Positions 18,192 through 28,614 of a stretch of DNA of 64,000 bases are shown here, one piece after another; position 1 is the stretch's first letter, and each line of letters starts with the position of its first letter. The position numbers were made by a program, and so were the translations under genes. The notes under the pieces are model-generated. The model searched no databases and had not been told where the DNA came from. It saw only the letters and a list, made by a program, of their open reading frames with translations. Source of the DNA: Vicinamibacteria bacterium. Lineage in GTDB: Bacteria > Acidobacteriota > Vicinamibacteria > Fen-336 > JAGNNV01. The stretch is taken from contig JANODX010000123.1 in assembly GCA_031412915.1 (NCBI GenBank), positions 61,182 to 125,181 of the forward strand, written 5' to 3'.

Positions 18192-19247
18192 ATGACCGAC
18201 GCCCCCCTCCCCGTCGCCGTCGTCAACAGCGTCGCCCCGATCCGCATCTGCGACAACGGGTGCTGGACCGACACCTGGTTCGCGGGCCACGGCCAGGTTT
18301 TCAACGTCGCGGTTTCCCCCGGCGCGGAGGTCCAGATCGCGGTCTATGCCCCTCACGACGGGGCGCCCCGCATCCTTGTCCACGCGGAGGACTTCGGGGA
18401 GCGGTACGAGGTGCGGAACGAAGCGCCGCCGTGGGGACCCCATCCCCTCCTCGAGGCCGCCATCTCCTACATGAAGGTCCCGCGCCACCTGCGGCTCGAG
18501 GTGACGATCCACTCCGAGACGCCGCCGGGCGCAGGCACGGGCACCTCGGCCGCGGTCACGGTGGCTCTCCTTGGCGCCCTCGACGCCCTGACGCCGGGGC
18601 GCCTCACGCCGCGCCAGGTCGCCGCCGCCGCTCACCGCGTCGAGACCGAGATGCTCGGCCGGCAGTGCGGCATCCAGGATCAGATCGCCTCCGCCTACGG
18701 TGGGATCAACCACATCGAAATGTTCGCCTACCCGCAGGCCACGGTTTCACCCGTTCGGGCGCCGGAACCGATCTGGTGGGAGTTCGAGCGGCGCCTCCTT
18801 CTCATCTACCTCGGCAAGTCGCACGACTCTTCGGCCATCCACGAATCGGTCATACGCGCGCTGGAAGACGCGGGGCCCGACTCCGCCGCCATCGCCCTGC
18901 TGCGCAGCAAAGCCTCTCGCTCGCGAGACGCCCTCCTCGCGGGCGACTTCGCTGGCCTCGGCCGGGCCATGACCGAGAGCACGGAAGCGCAGGCGAGACT
19001 CCACCCAGCACTCGTCGGCACGGAGGCCCGGAAGGTCATCGAGGTCGCGAAGTCGCATGGCGCCCTTGGATGGAAGGTCAACGGTGCGGGGGGCGAGGGC
19101 GGCTCGCTCACTCTGCTCTGCGGCACGAACTCGGCCGCGAAGCGCGCCCTCGTCCGCGATATCGAGCAGGCCCCCGAAGGGTTCCGGAACATTCCGATCC
19201 TCCTGAGCCCTCATGGTCTGCGCGTGTGGCGGCAGGACCTCGGCTGA
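18192..19247 (+). CDS. GHMP-family sugar kinase
   Basis: PPGAGTGTSAAVTVA matches the GHMP kinase ATP-binding motif (PxGSGLGSSAA). Confidence 0.8.
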   Translation: MTDAPLPVAVVNSVAPIRICDNGCWTDTWFAGHGQVFNVAVSPGAEVQIAVYAPHDGAPRILVHAEDFGERYEVRNEAPPWGPHPLLEAAISYMKVPRHLRLEVTIHSETPPGAGTGTSAAVTVALLGALDALTPGRLTPRQVAAAAHRVETEMLGRQCGIQDQIASAYGGINHIEMFAYPQATVSPVRAPEPIWWEFERRLLLIYLGKSHDSSAIHESVIRALEDAGPDSAAIALLRSKASRSRDALLAGDFAGLGRAMTESTEAQARLHPALVGTEARKVIEVAKSHGALGWKVNGAGGEGGSLTLLCGTNSAAKRALVRDIEQAPEGFRNIPILLSPHGLRVWRQDLG

Positions 19248-19402
19248 GGGTCATTCAATGATTGACGGACCGCACAACCTGCGGAAGGTCGGGACGAACT
19301 GACGCTCCAGCTGATGGGGCATTCGCCATCAAGAGATGAGGATCCCCTGGCCGGACAGGGGGTGCGCCTCGGCGAGTCGGGTTAGAGTGTCCGCTCCCGT
19401 TG

Positions 19403-20362
19403 ATGGAGGTGACCGTGCGCGAACTCTACCCCGCGATCGAACCGTTCGATGACGGCTTCCTGAGGGTCACGGACCTCCACACCGTCCACTATGAGCAAGT
19501 CGGCAACCCGAAGGGGAAGAAGGCTCTCTTCCTCCATGGCGGGCCCGGCGGCGGGCTCGACCAGGACTACCGGCGCTATTTCGACCCCGCGAAATGGCAC
19601 CTCACTCTCTACGACCAGCGCGGCAGCGGCAAGAGCACCCCCAACGCGGAGTTGCGCGAGAACACCACCTGGGACCTCGTAAAAGACGCGGAGCGCATCC
19701 GCGAGCGCCTCGGCATCGACAAATGGCTCCTCTTCGGCGGCAGCTGGGGCAGCACCCTTGCCCTCGCCTATGCGCAGAAACATCCGGAACGCGTGACCGG
19801 CCTCGTGTTGCGCGGCATATTCCTCCTGCGCCGGAAGGAGTTGCTGTGGTTCTACCAGGAGGGGGCGAGCTGGCTCTTCCCCGACGCCTGGGACGAGTAC
19901 CTGAAGCCGATCCCCGAGGTCGAGCGAGGCGACCTGATGAGTGCTTACTACCGGCGGCTCATCTCGGAGGATAAGGCGGTGCGAAGCACGGCGGCGAAGG
20001 CCTGGTCGATCTGGGAAGGCACGACGAGCAAACTCCACGTCGACCCCGACTATGTCGAGCGCTGCGGAGCCGACGCCTTCGCCGGTGCGTTCGCCCGGAT
20101 CGAGGCCCACTACTTCGTCCACGGGGCCTGGCTCAAGAGCGACACCCAACTCCTCGACGACGCCACGAAGATCGCGCACCTGCCGGGCGTGATCGTGCAG
20201 GGCCGCTACGACCTGGTGTGCCCGGCGGCGAGCGCCTGGGCGCTCCACCAGCGGTGGCCGAAGTCGAAGCTCGTGATCGTCCCCGACGCCGGCCACAGTA
20301 TCAAGGAGCCGGGGATCGTGAGCGCCCTCGTCCAGGCGACCGACGACTTCGCTAGCCTGTAG
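19403..20362 (+). CDS. pip: prolyl aminopeptidase (proline iminopeptidase, S33)
   Basis: HTVHYEQVGNPKGKKALFLHGGPGGG, GGSWGSTLALAYA and a C-terminal catalytic His region. Confidence 0.9.
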   Translation: MEVTVRELYPAIEPFDDGFLRVTDLHTVHYEQVGNPKGKKALFLHGGPGGGLDQDYRRYFDPAKWHLTLYDQRGSGKSTPNAELRENTTWDLVKDAERIRERLGIDKWLLFGGSWGSTLALAYAQKHPERVTGLVLRGIFLLRRKELLWFYQEGASWLFPDAWDEYLKPIPEVERGDLMSAYYRRLISEDKAVRSTAAKAWSIWEGTTSKLHVDPDYVERCGADAFAGAFARIEAHYFVHGAWLKSDTQLLDDATKIAHLPGVIVQGRYDLVCPAASAWALHQRWPKSKLVIVPDAGHSIKEPGIVSALVQATDDFASL

Positions 20363-20383
20363 GAGACGCTGGGCGCCGCATCC

Positions 20384-21295
20384 TCACCGGGCGAACGCCT
20401 CCAGCACCGGCTTACCGGTGAGGTCTAGGGGAAGGGTAAGGCCGAGGATGAATCCGACGGTCGCGGCCGTGTCCGTGGTCGAGATGGCCCCGGTGAGAGC
20501 GTAGGCCTCGCGAATCCTGGGCCCCGCAATGATCCACGGAATCGACATGTCGAGGCTGTCGTTGGTGCCGTGTCTGGAGGCGTGCCCGCCGTGGTCCGCG
20601 GTCAGGATCAACGTCGTGTTCTCCGGAAGAGCGCGCATGATGCGACCCAGCGCTTCATCGGCCTTCGCGACTCTATCTTTGTAGGTGGTGGACATCCACG
20701 CTGTGGCGTGTCCGGAGAGATCGACATCGGGGAGATGGACGAAGAGCAGGTCGACGCCGGTGTAGAGCTGCGCCACGGCCTGGTCGGCGACATCCGCGTC
20801 CGGGCGCGTGCCCCCCACGAAGACGTCCATCTCCACGGTGTCCCTGAATGTGTTGAACTTCTCCTTGCCGGCCACCATGGCGCTTCGCAGGCCGGCCTTG
20901 CGAGCGACGAGGAAGATCGTAGGCCCCTTGATGGGGCCGTTCGCGGGAAGGTATTCGTCCCAGGTGACTCCGTGCCTGGCCGGCAGGTAGCCCGTCAGCA
21001 TCGAAGCATGGGAAGGGAGTGTGTTCGACGGCGTGATGGTCCGGGCTCGCCAGGTGTAGGCCCCCTTGTTCGCCAACGCGTTCAGGTTCGGGGGGGCAAA
21101 TTGCTGCACGGCGTCCGGACGAAGGCCGTCGATCGACACGACCACGACCTTGGCGGACGGTGGAGGCGTCGGCGCGACCGTCGACGAAGCGACACTCGTG
21201 GGGGACGTTGCGCCACCGCACGCAACCAGCAGACCCACGAGGGCAACAACGGTAGACCCTGACGCTCGTATCATGGAATGGTCGGACTGTAACAT
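20384..21295 (-). CDS. type I phosphodiesterase / nucleotide pyrophosphatase (alkaline-phosphatase superfamily) lipoprotein
   Basis: Lipobox LVACGG; VVVVSIDGLRPD, ...DHGG motifs of the NPP/PhnA-like family. Confidence 0.8.
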   Translation of the reverse strand: MLQSDHSMIRASGSTVVALVGLLVACGGATSPTSVASSTVAPTPPPSAKVVVVSIDGLRPDAVQQFAPPNLNALANKGAYTWRARTITPSNTLPSHASMLTGYLPARHGVTWDEYLPANGPIKGPTIFLVARKAGLRSAMVAGKEKFNTFRDTVEMDVFVGGTRPDADVADQAVAQLYTGVDLLFVHLPDVDLSGHATAWMSTTYKDRVAKADEALGRIMRALPENTTLILTADHGGHASRHGTNDSLDMSIPWIIAGPRIREAYALTGAISTTDTAATVGFILGLTLPLDLTGKPVLEAFAR

Positions 21296-21321
21296 GGTCG
21301 AAGTATTCGACCCGATCCGGC

Positions 21322-23163
21322 CTACAGCGCGTTCCCGACGGGCGGCAACGGCGTTGCCTTCGGCGGCTCCTCGGTGAAATCCTCACCCGGGTTGATGAAC
21401 CGGTCGGTCTCGAACTTGTACTGCTTGTCGTAAAGCTGAAGGTAGCGGCCGTTCGCGGCGAGCAGTTCCCCGTGTTTGCCTCTCTCCACGATCACGCCGC
21501 CCTCGAGAACGAGGATCTGGTCCGAGCTACGGATCGTTGAGAGCCGGTGGGCGATCACGAACGTGGTGCGGCCGGCGCGCAGGTTCCGGAGGCCGTCCTG
21601 GATCATCTCCTCGCTCTCGCTGTCGAGGCTGGAGGTGGCCTCGTCGAGGATCAGGACGCGAGGATTCGCGAGGATGGCCCTCGCGATCGAGACACGCTGC
21701 CGCTGGCCGCCCGAGAGCTTGATCCCGCGCTCGCCGACCACGGTGTCGTAGCCCCGGGGAAAGGCTTTGATGAACTCGTCGCAGTGGGCCACGCGGCAGG
21801 CCTCGATGATCTCCTCGCGGGAAGCGCCCGGCCGCGCGTATCCGACGTTCTCGACGATCGTGCCGTCGAACAGGAAGTTCTCTTGAAGCACCGAGGCCAG
21901 CTGGCTTCGATACTCGCCTAGCCGAATGTCCGCGAGATCCCGTCCGTCCACCAGAATCCGGCCGGCGCTGGGGCGGTTGAAGGCCATCACGAGGCTGATG
22001 AGCGTGCTCTTGCCGGAGCCGCTCGATCCGACGAGCGCGGTGGTTGTCCCCGAGGCCGCGGTGAACGAAACATGCCTGAGGACGGGCACACCGGGGTTGT
22101 ACTCGAACGATACGTCCTCGAAGGCCACGTCGCCCCGGAGCCGTTCGATCGAGACACGACTCGCATCTTCGTCGGTCTCGGTGGGCATGTCGAGAATCTC
22201 CCGGATTCGATCGAGCCCGGCAAAGGCCTCCGTGATCTGGGTGCCGATGGAGGCGATGCTGACGAGGGGTGCGGCCACGAGACCGATGAAGAAGATGTAC
22301 ATGATGAGATCGCCGAGGGTCATCTGCCCCGCGAGGATGGCCTTGCCGCCGAGCCAGATCATCAGCACGCCGATGATGCCGATGATGACGGTGCTGCCGG
22401 CGGTGGTCGCGGAGACGCCGGTCATCGACTGCGCGATGTTGCGGAACAGGCGATGGGCGCCTTGCGTGAAGACGATCTCCTCCCGCTTCTCCGCGGTGTA
22501 CGACTTGACCACGCGTATGCCGCCGAGCGCTTCGGTGAGGCGCCCGATCACGTCCGCGGTGATCTTGCCGCGCTCCTTGAACAGGGGACGCAGCGTGTTG
22601 AACGCGTAGGCCATCCCGCCGCCGAAGGCCGCGAGGACCAGCATCGTCACCACGGTCAGATGCCAGTTCAGCCAGAACAGGACGGCGAGCCCCATGGCCG
22701 CGGTGAGGAAGCCGCCCACGAGTTGCACCAGCCCGGACCCGACCAGGTTCCGGATCCCTTCGGCGTCGTTCATGATCCTCGAGACGAGGATGCCGGTCTG
22801 GGTGGAGTCGAAGTAGCGGACGGGCAGGCGCATGACCCGGGCCTGGACGCGCTTGCGCATGTCGGTGATCGCTCGCTGGGCCGCCACCCCCAGGGTCTGC
22901 GAGAGCACGAACGATGTCACGGCCTGCACGAAGGTCGCAGCACCGGTGGCGAGGGCGATGGGCATGAGCAGGTCGGTGCGGTTCCTGCCGATGACCTCGT
23001 CGATGAGCCACTTCGAAGACGCGGGGAGCACCAGGCCCGCGACCCGACTGACGAGCATCAAGGCGAGGCCGAGGCTGAGGCGCCGCCGATGCGCCCAGAC
23101 CAGTTCCCGCGCCTCGCGCCAGGCGGCCGAACCGGACACGCGCGGCTTCTTCAGTGCACCCAT
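21322..23163 (-). CDS. ABC transporter, fused permease/ATP-binding (MsbA-like exporter)
   Basis: Six-TM N-terminal domain plus Walker A GSSGSGKST, signature LSGGQRQRVSIARA, and Walker B ILILDEATS. Confidence 0.9.
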   Translation of the reverse strand: MGALKKPRVSGSAAWREARELVWAHRRRLSLGLALMLVSRVAGLVLPASSKWLIDEVIGRNRTDLLMPIALATGAATFVQAVTSFVLSQTLGVAAQRAITDMRKRVQARVMRLPVRYFDSTQTGILVSRIMNDAEGIRNLVGSGLVQLVGGFLTAAMGLAVLFWLNWHLTVVTMLVLAAFGGGMAYAFNTLRPLFKERGKITADVIGRLTEALGGIRVVKSYTAEKREEIVFTQGAHRLFRNIAQSMTGVSATTAGSTVIIGIIGVLMIWLGGKAILAGQMTLGDLIMYIFFIGLVAAPLVSIASIGTQITEAFAGLDRIREILDMPTETDEDASRVSIERLRGDVAFEDVSFEYNPGVPVLRHVSFTAASGTTTALVGSSGSGKSTLISLVMAFNRPSAGRILVDGRDLADIRLGEYRSQLASVLQENFLFDGTIVENVGYARPGASREEIIEACRVAHCDEFIKAFPRGYDTVVGERGIKLSGGQRQRVSIARAILANPRVLILDEATSSLDSESEEMIQDGLRNLRAGRTTFVIAHRLSTIRSSDQILVLEGGVIVERGKHGELLAANGRYLQLYDKQYKFETDRFINPGEDFTEEPPKATPLPPVGNAL

Positions 23164-24503
23164 CAGGAGGGTCGGGTGGAGGTCTGCTTCGCCCGCTCGT
23201 TCCTGAAGACCTTGCCGCCCTTCATCACGAAGACCGGCTTCTCGGTGGCCCTGATGTCGGCGAGCACGTCGCCTGGAAGAGCCACGATGTCGGCCTGCTT
23301 TCCGGCTTCGATGGTTCCCGTCACCTTGCTCACGCCCAGAAGGGCCGCGGCCGAGGGGCCGGTAAGAAGGGCAGCGCCCGGAGTCATGCCGTGCTCGACC
23401 ATGAGCGCGTATTCCTCGGCGTTGCGGCCGTGCGGGCTCACCGCGGTGTCCGTGCCGAAGGCGATCTTCACGCCCATGGCGAGCGCCATCCTGAACGCCG
23501 CTGACCGGCCTTCGAGCGCAGCCTTCGCCTTGGCCGCGATCTCCGGCGGATACTGCCTTGTGGCCTTGCGCCCGCCCGCGTACTCGCCCGCCATCAAGGT
23601 GGGCACGAGATACGTACCCTTCTGTTTCATCATCTGAAGCGCCTCGTCGTCGAGGAAACTGCCGTGCTCGATGGAATCGATGCCCGCGCGGACCGCGACC
23701 TTCGCGCCAAGGGCCCCATGCGCATGGGCGGCCGTCTTCAGCCCAAGGCGGTGAGCCTCGTCCACCAGCGCGTCCAACTCTGCTTCAGTGAGCTGAGGCG
23801 AGTCGACCGCGTCGCCGAGGGAGAGCACACCGCCGGTCGCGCAGACCTTGATGACGTCCGCGCCGTATTTGTGCTGAATGCGCACCGCGTCGCGGAACTG
23901 ATCCGGGCCGCTCGCGATCCCCTCCACGATCCCCGACTCCTTGCCGAAGGCCATGTACGGGAATCCGCCGCTGTCGCAGTGGCCGCCGCGGGCGCCGAGT
24001 GAATGCGCGGCGGTGAGGATACGCGGACCGGGGACCACCTCCGCGTTGATGGAATTGCGCAGACCGATGTCGATCCAATCGCCCGAACCCACGTTCCGCA
24101 CGGTGGTGAACCCGGCTTCGAGCGTCCGCCGCGCGAAGACGGTGGCGCGAATCGCCTGCTCCGGCACGGTCTGCCGGAGGCCGTCAATGGTGTCTCGGTA
24201 CCAGTTGTCGCTCGACTCGGCGGTGAGGTGGACGTGCGCATCGATGAAGCCGGGTGCGAGTGTGGCATCGCCGAGATCGATCAGCCGAGCGCCGGCGGGG
24301 ATGGCCAGGCCCGAGCCCGCGGCCTTGATCTTCCCGCCTTCGACAATCACCACGCCATTCGCGACCGTCGTCTCGCGGGTGCCGTCGAAGAGGCGCGCGG
24401 CCTTGAGCGCAATGATCTCGGCCCTCGGCCCGGGCGGCGAAACCTGGGCCGAGGTCGTCCAGGGAACGAGAAGAGTGATGCCGAGAGCGATGCGCAGTTT
24501 CAT
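23163..24503 (-). CDS. secreted amidohydrolase-family metal-dependent hydrolase
   Basis: Signal peptide MKLRIALGITLLVPWTTSAQ; GFIDAHVHL motif (HxH metal ligands). Stop overlaps the downstream ABC gene start. Confidence 0.8.
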   Translation of the reverse strand: MKLRIALGITLLVPWTTSAQVSPPGPRAEIIALKAARLFDGTRETTVANGVVIVEGGKIKAAGSGLAIPAGARLIDLGDATLAPGFIDAHVHLTAESSDNWYRDTIDGLRQTVPEQAIRATVFARRTLEAGFTTVRNVGSGDWIDIGLRNSINAEVVPGPRILTAAHSLGARGGHCDSGGFPYMAFGKESGIVEGIASGPDQFRDAVRIQHKYGADVIKVCATGGVLSLGDAVDSPQLTEAELDALVDEAHRLGLKTAAHAHGALGAKVAVRAGIDSIEHGSFLDDEALQMMKQKGTYLVPTLMAGEYAGGRKATRQYPPEIAAKAKAALEGRSAAFRMALAMGVKIAFGTDTAVSPHGRNAEEYALMVEHGMTPGAALLTGPSAAALLGVSKVTGTIEAGKQADIVALPGDVLADIRATEKPVFVMKGGKVFRNERAKQTSTRPS

Positions 24504-24567
24504 GTGCGGAACTCTACCCGCAGCCCTGCGGTGATCCGGCAGGCCGGCTCATCAGGGCGGCGGCCGA

Positions 24568-24984
24568 TCAGTGAACCCGGGCTTCCCTGATCAGCATGTG
24601 GCCAACCAGTCTTCCGCTCTCGATCTTCTGGGTGGTGCGCACCCGAAGGTCGCGGCCGAGAAGCGTGATGAGAGATGCGTAGGAGACCTCGGGATGGTCC
24701 GGGTCCTTCCAGACCGAGACGATGTGCGAGCCGTCGAGATCGCGAGCGTGGCCGATAACGTGGGGATGCTGGTGGTGCAGGACACCTTCGGCATCGAAGG
24801 TTCCGAAGAACTCGCTCTCCGCGGCCCGGCCGTCCGGCCAGGCGCGCGTGGTGGTCTGAATCCAGCGGTCGCCTTCGCGCCGAGAGGTCACGGTGGCCTC
24901 GAAGCGGTCGATCTCACGGCCATGGCCGTCGATCACCACATGAGTGCCGCACCAGACGCCGACATGGTCATCGAACAGACCCAT
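24568..24984 (-). CDS. hypothetical protein (small beta-barrel/lipocalin-like DUF)
   Basis: 139 aa from the internal ATG. The ORF-track N-terminal extension is low-complexity and overlaps the GH42 gene end. Confidence 0.5.
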   Translation of the reverse strand: MGLFDDHVGVWCGTHVVIDGHGREIDRFEATVTSRREGDRWIQTTTRAWPDGRAAESEFFGTFDAEGVLHHQHPHVIGHARDLDGSHIVSVWKDPDHPEVSYASLITLLGRDLRVRTTQKIESGRLVGHMLIREARVH

Positions 24985-25063
24985 AAGGAACCTGCCTTGT
25001 CTTTCCTCGTCAATCCTCCTCCTAGAACGCGCCCAGCGCAAGTGGAGCGACGAAAGAAGGAGA

Positions 25064-27190
25064 TCATGGCCTTCTGTCTTTCCAGACCAGGACGCGGGCG
25101 GGCTCCAGGGGGTTAGTCCCCACCAGTATCCGGCTGGCTTGCCCCGTGGCGAGGCTGACCGGGGACGCGGAGTAGTTGACCCCCACGAAGAAGCCGTCCC
25201 GCCATTCCACGTAGACACCTCGGGGGAGATCTTCGATGGGCACCTGCGCCCGCTCGTAAACCTGGCGGACCAGACCGCGCTCCAGTGTGCCGTCCAGGGT
25301 CTCGACCCCGATGTAGGTGACCGTGCCCTTGCCCAGGCGCCGCGTCACCGCGGCGGAGGCGCCGGCGTAGAACTGATCGGTGTAGGTGGCGAGGGACGTG
25401 GCTTCGGAGTTGGGGCGAAGCAGGTCGGCCCAGGCGCGCCAGAGGAAGGGGACGCCCCCCATCGAGACAACGCCATTGGTATCTCCGGGCAGGGTGTCGA
25501 TGCCTTCCAGGCGAGCCCGAAGCAGCGGCTCCAGGCGCGCACCCAGGGGCACTTCCGGAAAGTGTCCATCCGCGTCTTTCTGCGCGGTGCGGGAGGTGAG
25601 GATCAAATGCCCGCCCCCCTGGACGTAGCGGGTCCACTTCTCGATGAGACCCGAGGAGGCCATTTGATAGGCCGGGGCGACCAGGAAGGGGTAGGCGCTG
25701 AAGTCATCCCCCTCGGCAATGAAGTCCAGGGGCGCGCCGGTGGATTTCACCGCGGTGGAATAGAAGTTACGGTGGCGCCAGGTTGACCAGTGCTCGCCCT
25801 GCTTCTGGAGGTCCAGGTCCCACATGCCGTCGTGACTCCATAGAAGGGCGGTGCGGCGAGCGGTGAGGGCCTTGGGAAGCGTAGCCTTGGGGTCGTAGTT
25901 GGCTTTCAGGGATTGAATCTCCGCCTGGGCCTGTACGAATTCCTTTCCGCCCTGGGACAGGGTTAGTCCATCCAGACCGACGATGCCCTCGTGGTACATC
26001 TCGCTGCCGAAACGCGGCTGCCGGTAGCGGTAGGTGCAGACGAAGGAAGAGCCGGCGGCGAAGGCATGCCACAGCCACATGTGGATCGCCCCCGGTTCGG
26101 GCTTGGGGTTAGTGGCGGCCCAATTGACCTGGCCAGGCTGCAACTCCATCACTCCCGTGACTCCGGCGATTGACCGGAAGTAGTCCCCCGCCTCCATCAG
26201 GCGGTAGGGGTTGCCGTAGCGGAAGGTTGGACCGCCAAGGAAATTGGCCCCCGCCACGGGGTACATCGTGAAAGTCGGAAAGTCCAGGGCCGTGGTGCGC
26301 CGGGGGTCGCTCGCCTGCGTGGCGTTCATGTAGTTCGAGGTCACCCACTGTTCGGGACGGATGTGCGGGCGAAGGATCCTGGCCTGCCGATCCAGGAAGG
26401 CGGTCTGCGTATCCGCGGTGAAGCGCTGGAAATCCAGGAGGGCGTGCGGGCTCAGTTTGTCTTCGCCGTTCATGGTCGGGTTGGGCGGATTCACCTGTTC
26501 GAAACGCGCGAAGCGCAGACTCCAGAAACTGCCGCCCCAGGCCTCGTTCAATTTCTCGATGCTTCCATACCGCTTGCCCAGCCAGGCCTGGAAGGCCGTG
26601 CGCGCGGAGGGGCTGTAGTCCGGGGTCGACTCCGGCTCGTTGTCGATCTGGAAGCCCCATACCCGAGGGTCCTTCCCGTAACGGCGGGCCATTTCCGTGA
26701 CAATCCGATCGACATAAAAGAGGAGGCGGGAGTTGGAGAGTGACCCATTCGCACGAGTGCCGTGCTCTCGCCTTCGGCCGTCGGGGCCGGTGAGCAGGAT
26801 CTCCGGATGCTTTTCCGTCATCCAGGCCGGAGGCGCTGCGGAGGGCGTGCACAGGATCACCTTGAGCCCGGACTTGTGGGCCAGGGCGATGGCTTCGTCC
26901 AGCCAGGCGAAGTCGAAACGCCCCTCTTCGGGCTCCAGGTAGGTCCACGCGAATTCAGCGTAGTGCGTGAACGAAAAGCCCAGTCGTCCGATGTTCTGCA
27001 GGTCCCTTGACCATTGGTCGCGCGGCCACTGCTCGGGGTAGTAGTAGACCCCGACCTCCATGAGATTGGCCTTGGGGAAGAACTTCTGAGACGGCTTTTC
27101 TGCGAGTGCGGACGATGATGGGGAGAGCAGGAGCCAGATGGAAAACGCGATGCCGGAAGTTGTGCGATTCATGTCAACCCCATTCATCAT
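25064..27190 (-). CDS. secreted GH42-family beta-galactosidase
   Basis: Signal peptide; YYYPEQWPRDQWSRD...FSFTHYAEFAWTYLEPEEGRFDFAWLD is the GH42 N-terminal TIM-barrel signature. Confidence 0.85.
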   Translation of the reverse strand: MMNGVDMNRTTSGIAFSIWLLLSPSSSALAEKPSQKFFPKANLMEVGVYYYPEQWPRDQWSRDLQNIGRLGFSFTHYAEFAWTYLEPEEGRFDFAWLDEAIALAHKSGLKVILCTPSAAPPAWMTEKHPEILLTGPDGRRREHGTRANGSLSNSRLLFYVDRIVTEMARRYGKDPRVWGFQIDNEPESTPDYSPSARTAFQAWLGKRYGSIEKLNEAWGGSFWSLRFARFEQVNPPNPTMNGEDKLSPHALLDFQRFTADTQTAFLDRQARILRPHIRPEQWVTSNYMNATQASDPRRTTALDFPTFTMYPVAGANFLGGPTFRYGNPYRLMEAGDYFRSIAGVTGVMELQPGQVNWAATNPKPEPGAIHMWLWHAFAAGSSFVCTYRYRQPRFGSEMYHEGIVGLDGLTLSQGGKEFVQAQAEIQSLKANYDPKATLPKALTARRTALLWSHDGMWDLDLQKQGEHWSTWRHRNFYSTAVKSTGAPLDFIAEGDDFSAYPFLVAPAYQMASSGLIEKWTRYVQGGGHLILTSRTAQKDADGHFPEVPLGARLEPLLRARLEGIDTLPGDTNGVVSMGGVPFLWRAWADLLRPNSEATSLATYTDQFYAGASAAVTRRLGKGTVTYIGVETLDGTLERGLVRQVYERAQVPIEDLPRGVYVEWRDGFFVGVNYSASPVSLATGQASRILVGTNPLEPARVLVWKDRRP

Positions 27191-27418
27191 TGATTAAAGA
27201 TTAATGATTAATGATCAATGACCAATAATCTAACTCGCGCAGGCAAACAGTCAGGGTTACGGCGATCGATCCATCGGAGCGTCGCGAGAAGGGTGAGACA
27301 AGGCCGCCGCATCGCGCCAACCACAGGCCAACCCTATCGTAAAGACAGCCGACCTGGTGCAATCGCCTATCATCCTTCACACAGTTGATGCTGATCTTCG
27401 GCCTTCGAGCCCCCTCCC
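27190..27418. promoter_or_regulatory. divergent promoter region (GH42 <-> galKT) containing an AT-rich palindromic operator-like element
   Basis: TCATCATTGATTAAAGATTAATGATTAATGATCAATGACCAATAATC (27186-27232) is a very AT-rich inverted/tandem TTAATGAT motif array in a 65 % GC genome. Confidence 0.5.
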
Positions 27419-28603
27419 TTGCCAGAAGGAGCTAGTGACCGCGGCCAGTCCCGTCGTATCCGCCGGGTTTTCGAGAACCACTACGGGGAACCCGCTCTCA
27501 TGGTCAGAGGTCCGGGACGGGTCAATCTCATCGGGGAACACACGGACTTCAACCTGGGCTTCGTGTTGCCGGGGGCCGTGGACAAGGGTATCTGGCTGGC
27601 CATACGTCCTCGGAAGGACGAGAGTTGTCGCTTCCACGCGGCGGACACAGGAGAATGCCTCGAAACCAGTACTCCCGGGCTGACCCGTTCCGAACTCGGC
27701 TGGCCCAACTACCTGCTGGGCGTCTACTCTGAGATTTCGCAAGACGGTCATTCCCCCCCGGGTGTGGACTGCGTATTCGGGGGAAACCTTCCCATCGGCA
27801 GCGGGATGTCCTCCTCCGCCGCGCTGGAATGCGCCTTCGCCTTCGGGCTGAACGAGCTCTTCTCGATCGGATACGACCGCCTTTCCCTGGCCCGCCTGGG
27901 TCAGCGCGTCGAGAACCGTTTCGTGGGCGTGAACTGCGGCATCATGGATCAATTCGCATCCCTTCTTGGCCGAGACCGTCACTTGATCCGCCTGGATTGC
28001 CGCGATCTCAGCTACGAGTACATTCCCTTCGCAGAGCCCGGCCTGGTCGTGGTTCTGTGCGATACCCGGATCCGTCGATCCCTCGCCACGGGCGGCGAAT
28101 ACAATGCGCGACGTGCCCAATGCGAAGCCGGTGCGGCTCTCCTGGGATCGCGCCACCGAGAGGTTCATAGCCTGCGGGACGTGACCGAGGACATGTTGGA
28201 AGCCGCGCGCCCAAGGATGGATCCGATCGTGTTCACCCGATGCTCGTACGTCATCCGGGAAAACCGGAGGGTCCTCGATGCGTGCGATGACCTCGCGAGG
28301 CAGGACTACGCGAGTTTCGGTCGACGCATGAACGAGAGCCACCGGGGTTTGCAGAACGATTACCAGGTCTCCTGCCCAGAGCTCGACATCCTGGCCGAAA
28401 GCGCCCAGGCCATCCCCGGCGTCCTGGGCAGCCGCATGATGGGCGCAGGCTTCGGGGGGTGCACCATCAACCTGGTCTGGGAGGCTGAACTGGAGTCCTT
28501 CCGGGCCCGGATGGCCGAGATCTACCATCACAAGCTCCTAAGCGAACCATGGCTCCATGTCTGCCGCTTGACCGGCGGAACCGAAATTGTTCAGGGACCG
28601 TGA
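27419..28603 (+). CDS. galK: galactokinase
   Basis: [25 protein letters not shown] and [19 protein letters not shown] (GHMP motif); collinear with E. coli GalK. TTG start. Confidence 0.92.
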   Translation: MPEGASDRGQSRRIRRVFENHYGEPALMVRGPGRVNLIGEHTDFNLGFVLPGAVDKGIWLAIRPRKDESCRFHAADTGECLETSTPGLTRSELGWPNYLLGVYSEISQDGHSPPGVDCVFGGNLPIGSGMSSSAALECAFAFGLNELFSIGYDRLSLARLGQRVENRFVGVNCGIMDQFASLLGRDRHLIRLDCRDLSYEYIPFAEPGLVVVLCDTRIRRSLATGGEYNARRAQCEAGAALLGSRHREVHSLRDVTEDMLEAARPRMDPIVFTRCSYVIRENRRVLDACDDLARQDYASFGRRMNESHRGLQNDYQVSCPELDILAESAQAIPGVLGSRMMGAGFGGCTINLVWEAELESFRARMAEIYHHKLLSEPWLHVCRLTGGTEIVQGP

Positions 28604-28614
28604 CCAGACTCGAC

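Noticed and set aside
15269-19261. 1330-aa + strand ORF, the longest in the track
   Set aside because: It is low-complexity (R/G/P/H-rich) and antisense to or overlapping four clearly real genes (Rieske, EamA, CDF, GHMP kinase). It is a high-GC stop-codon-depletion artefact.
19382-20296. 304-aa minus ORF opposite pip
   Set aside because: Antisense shadow of the prolyl aminopeptidase gene.
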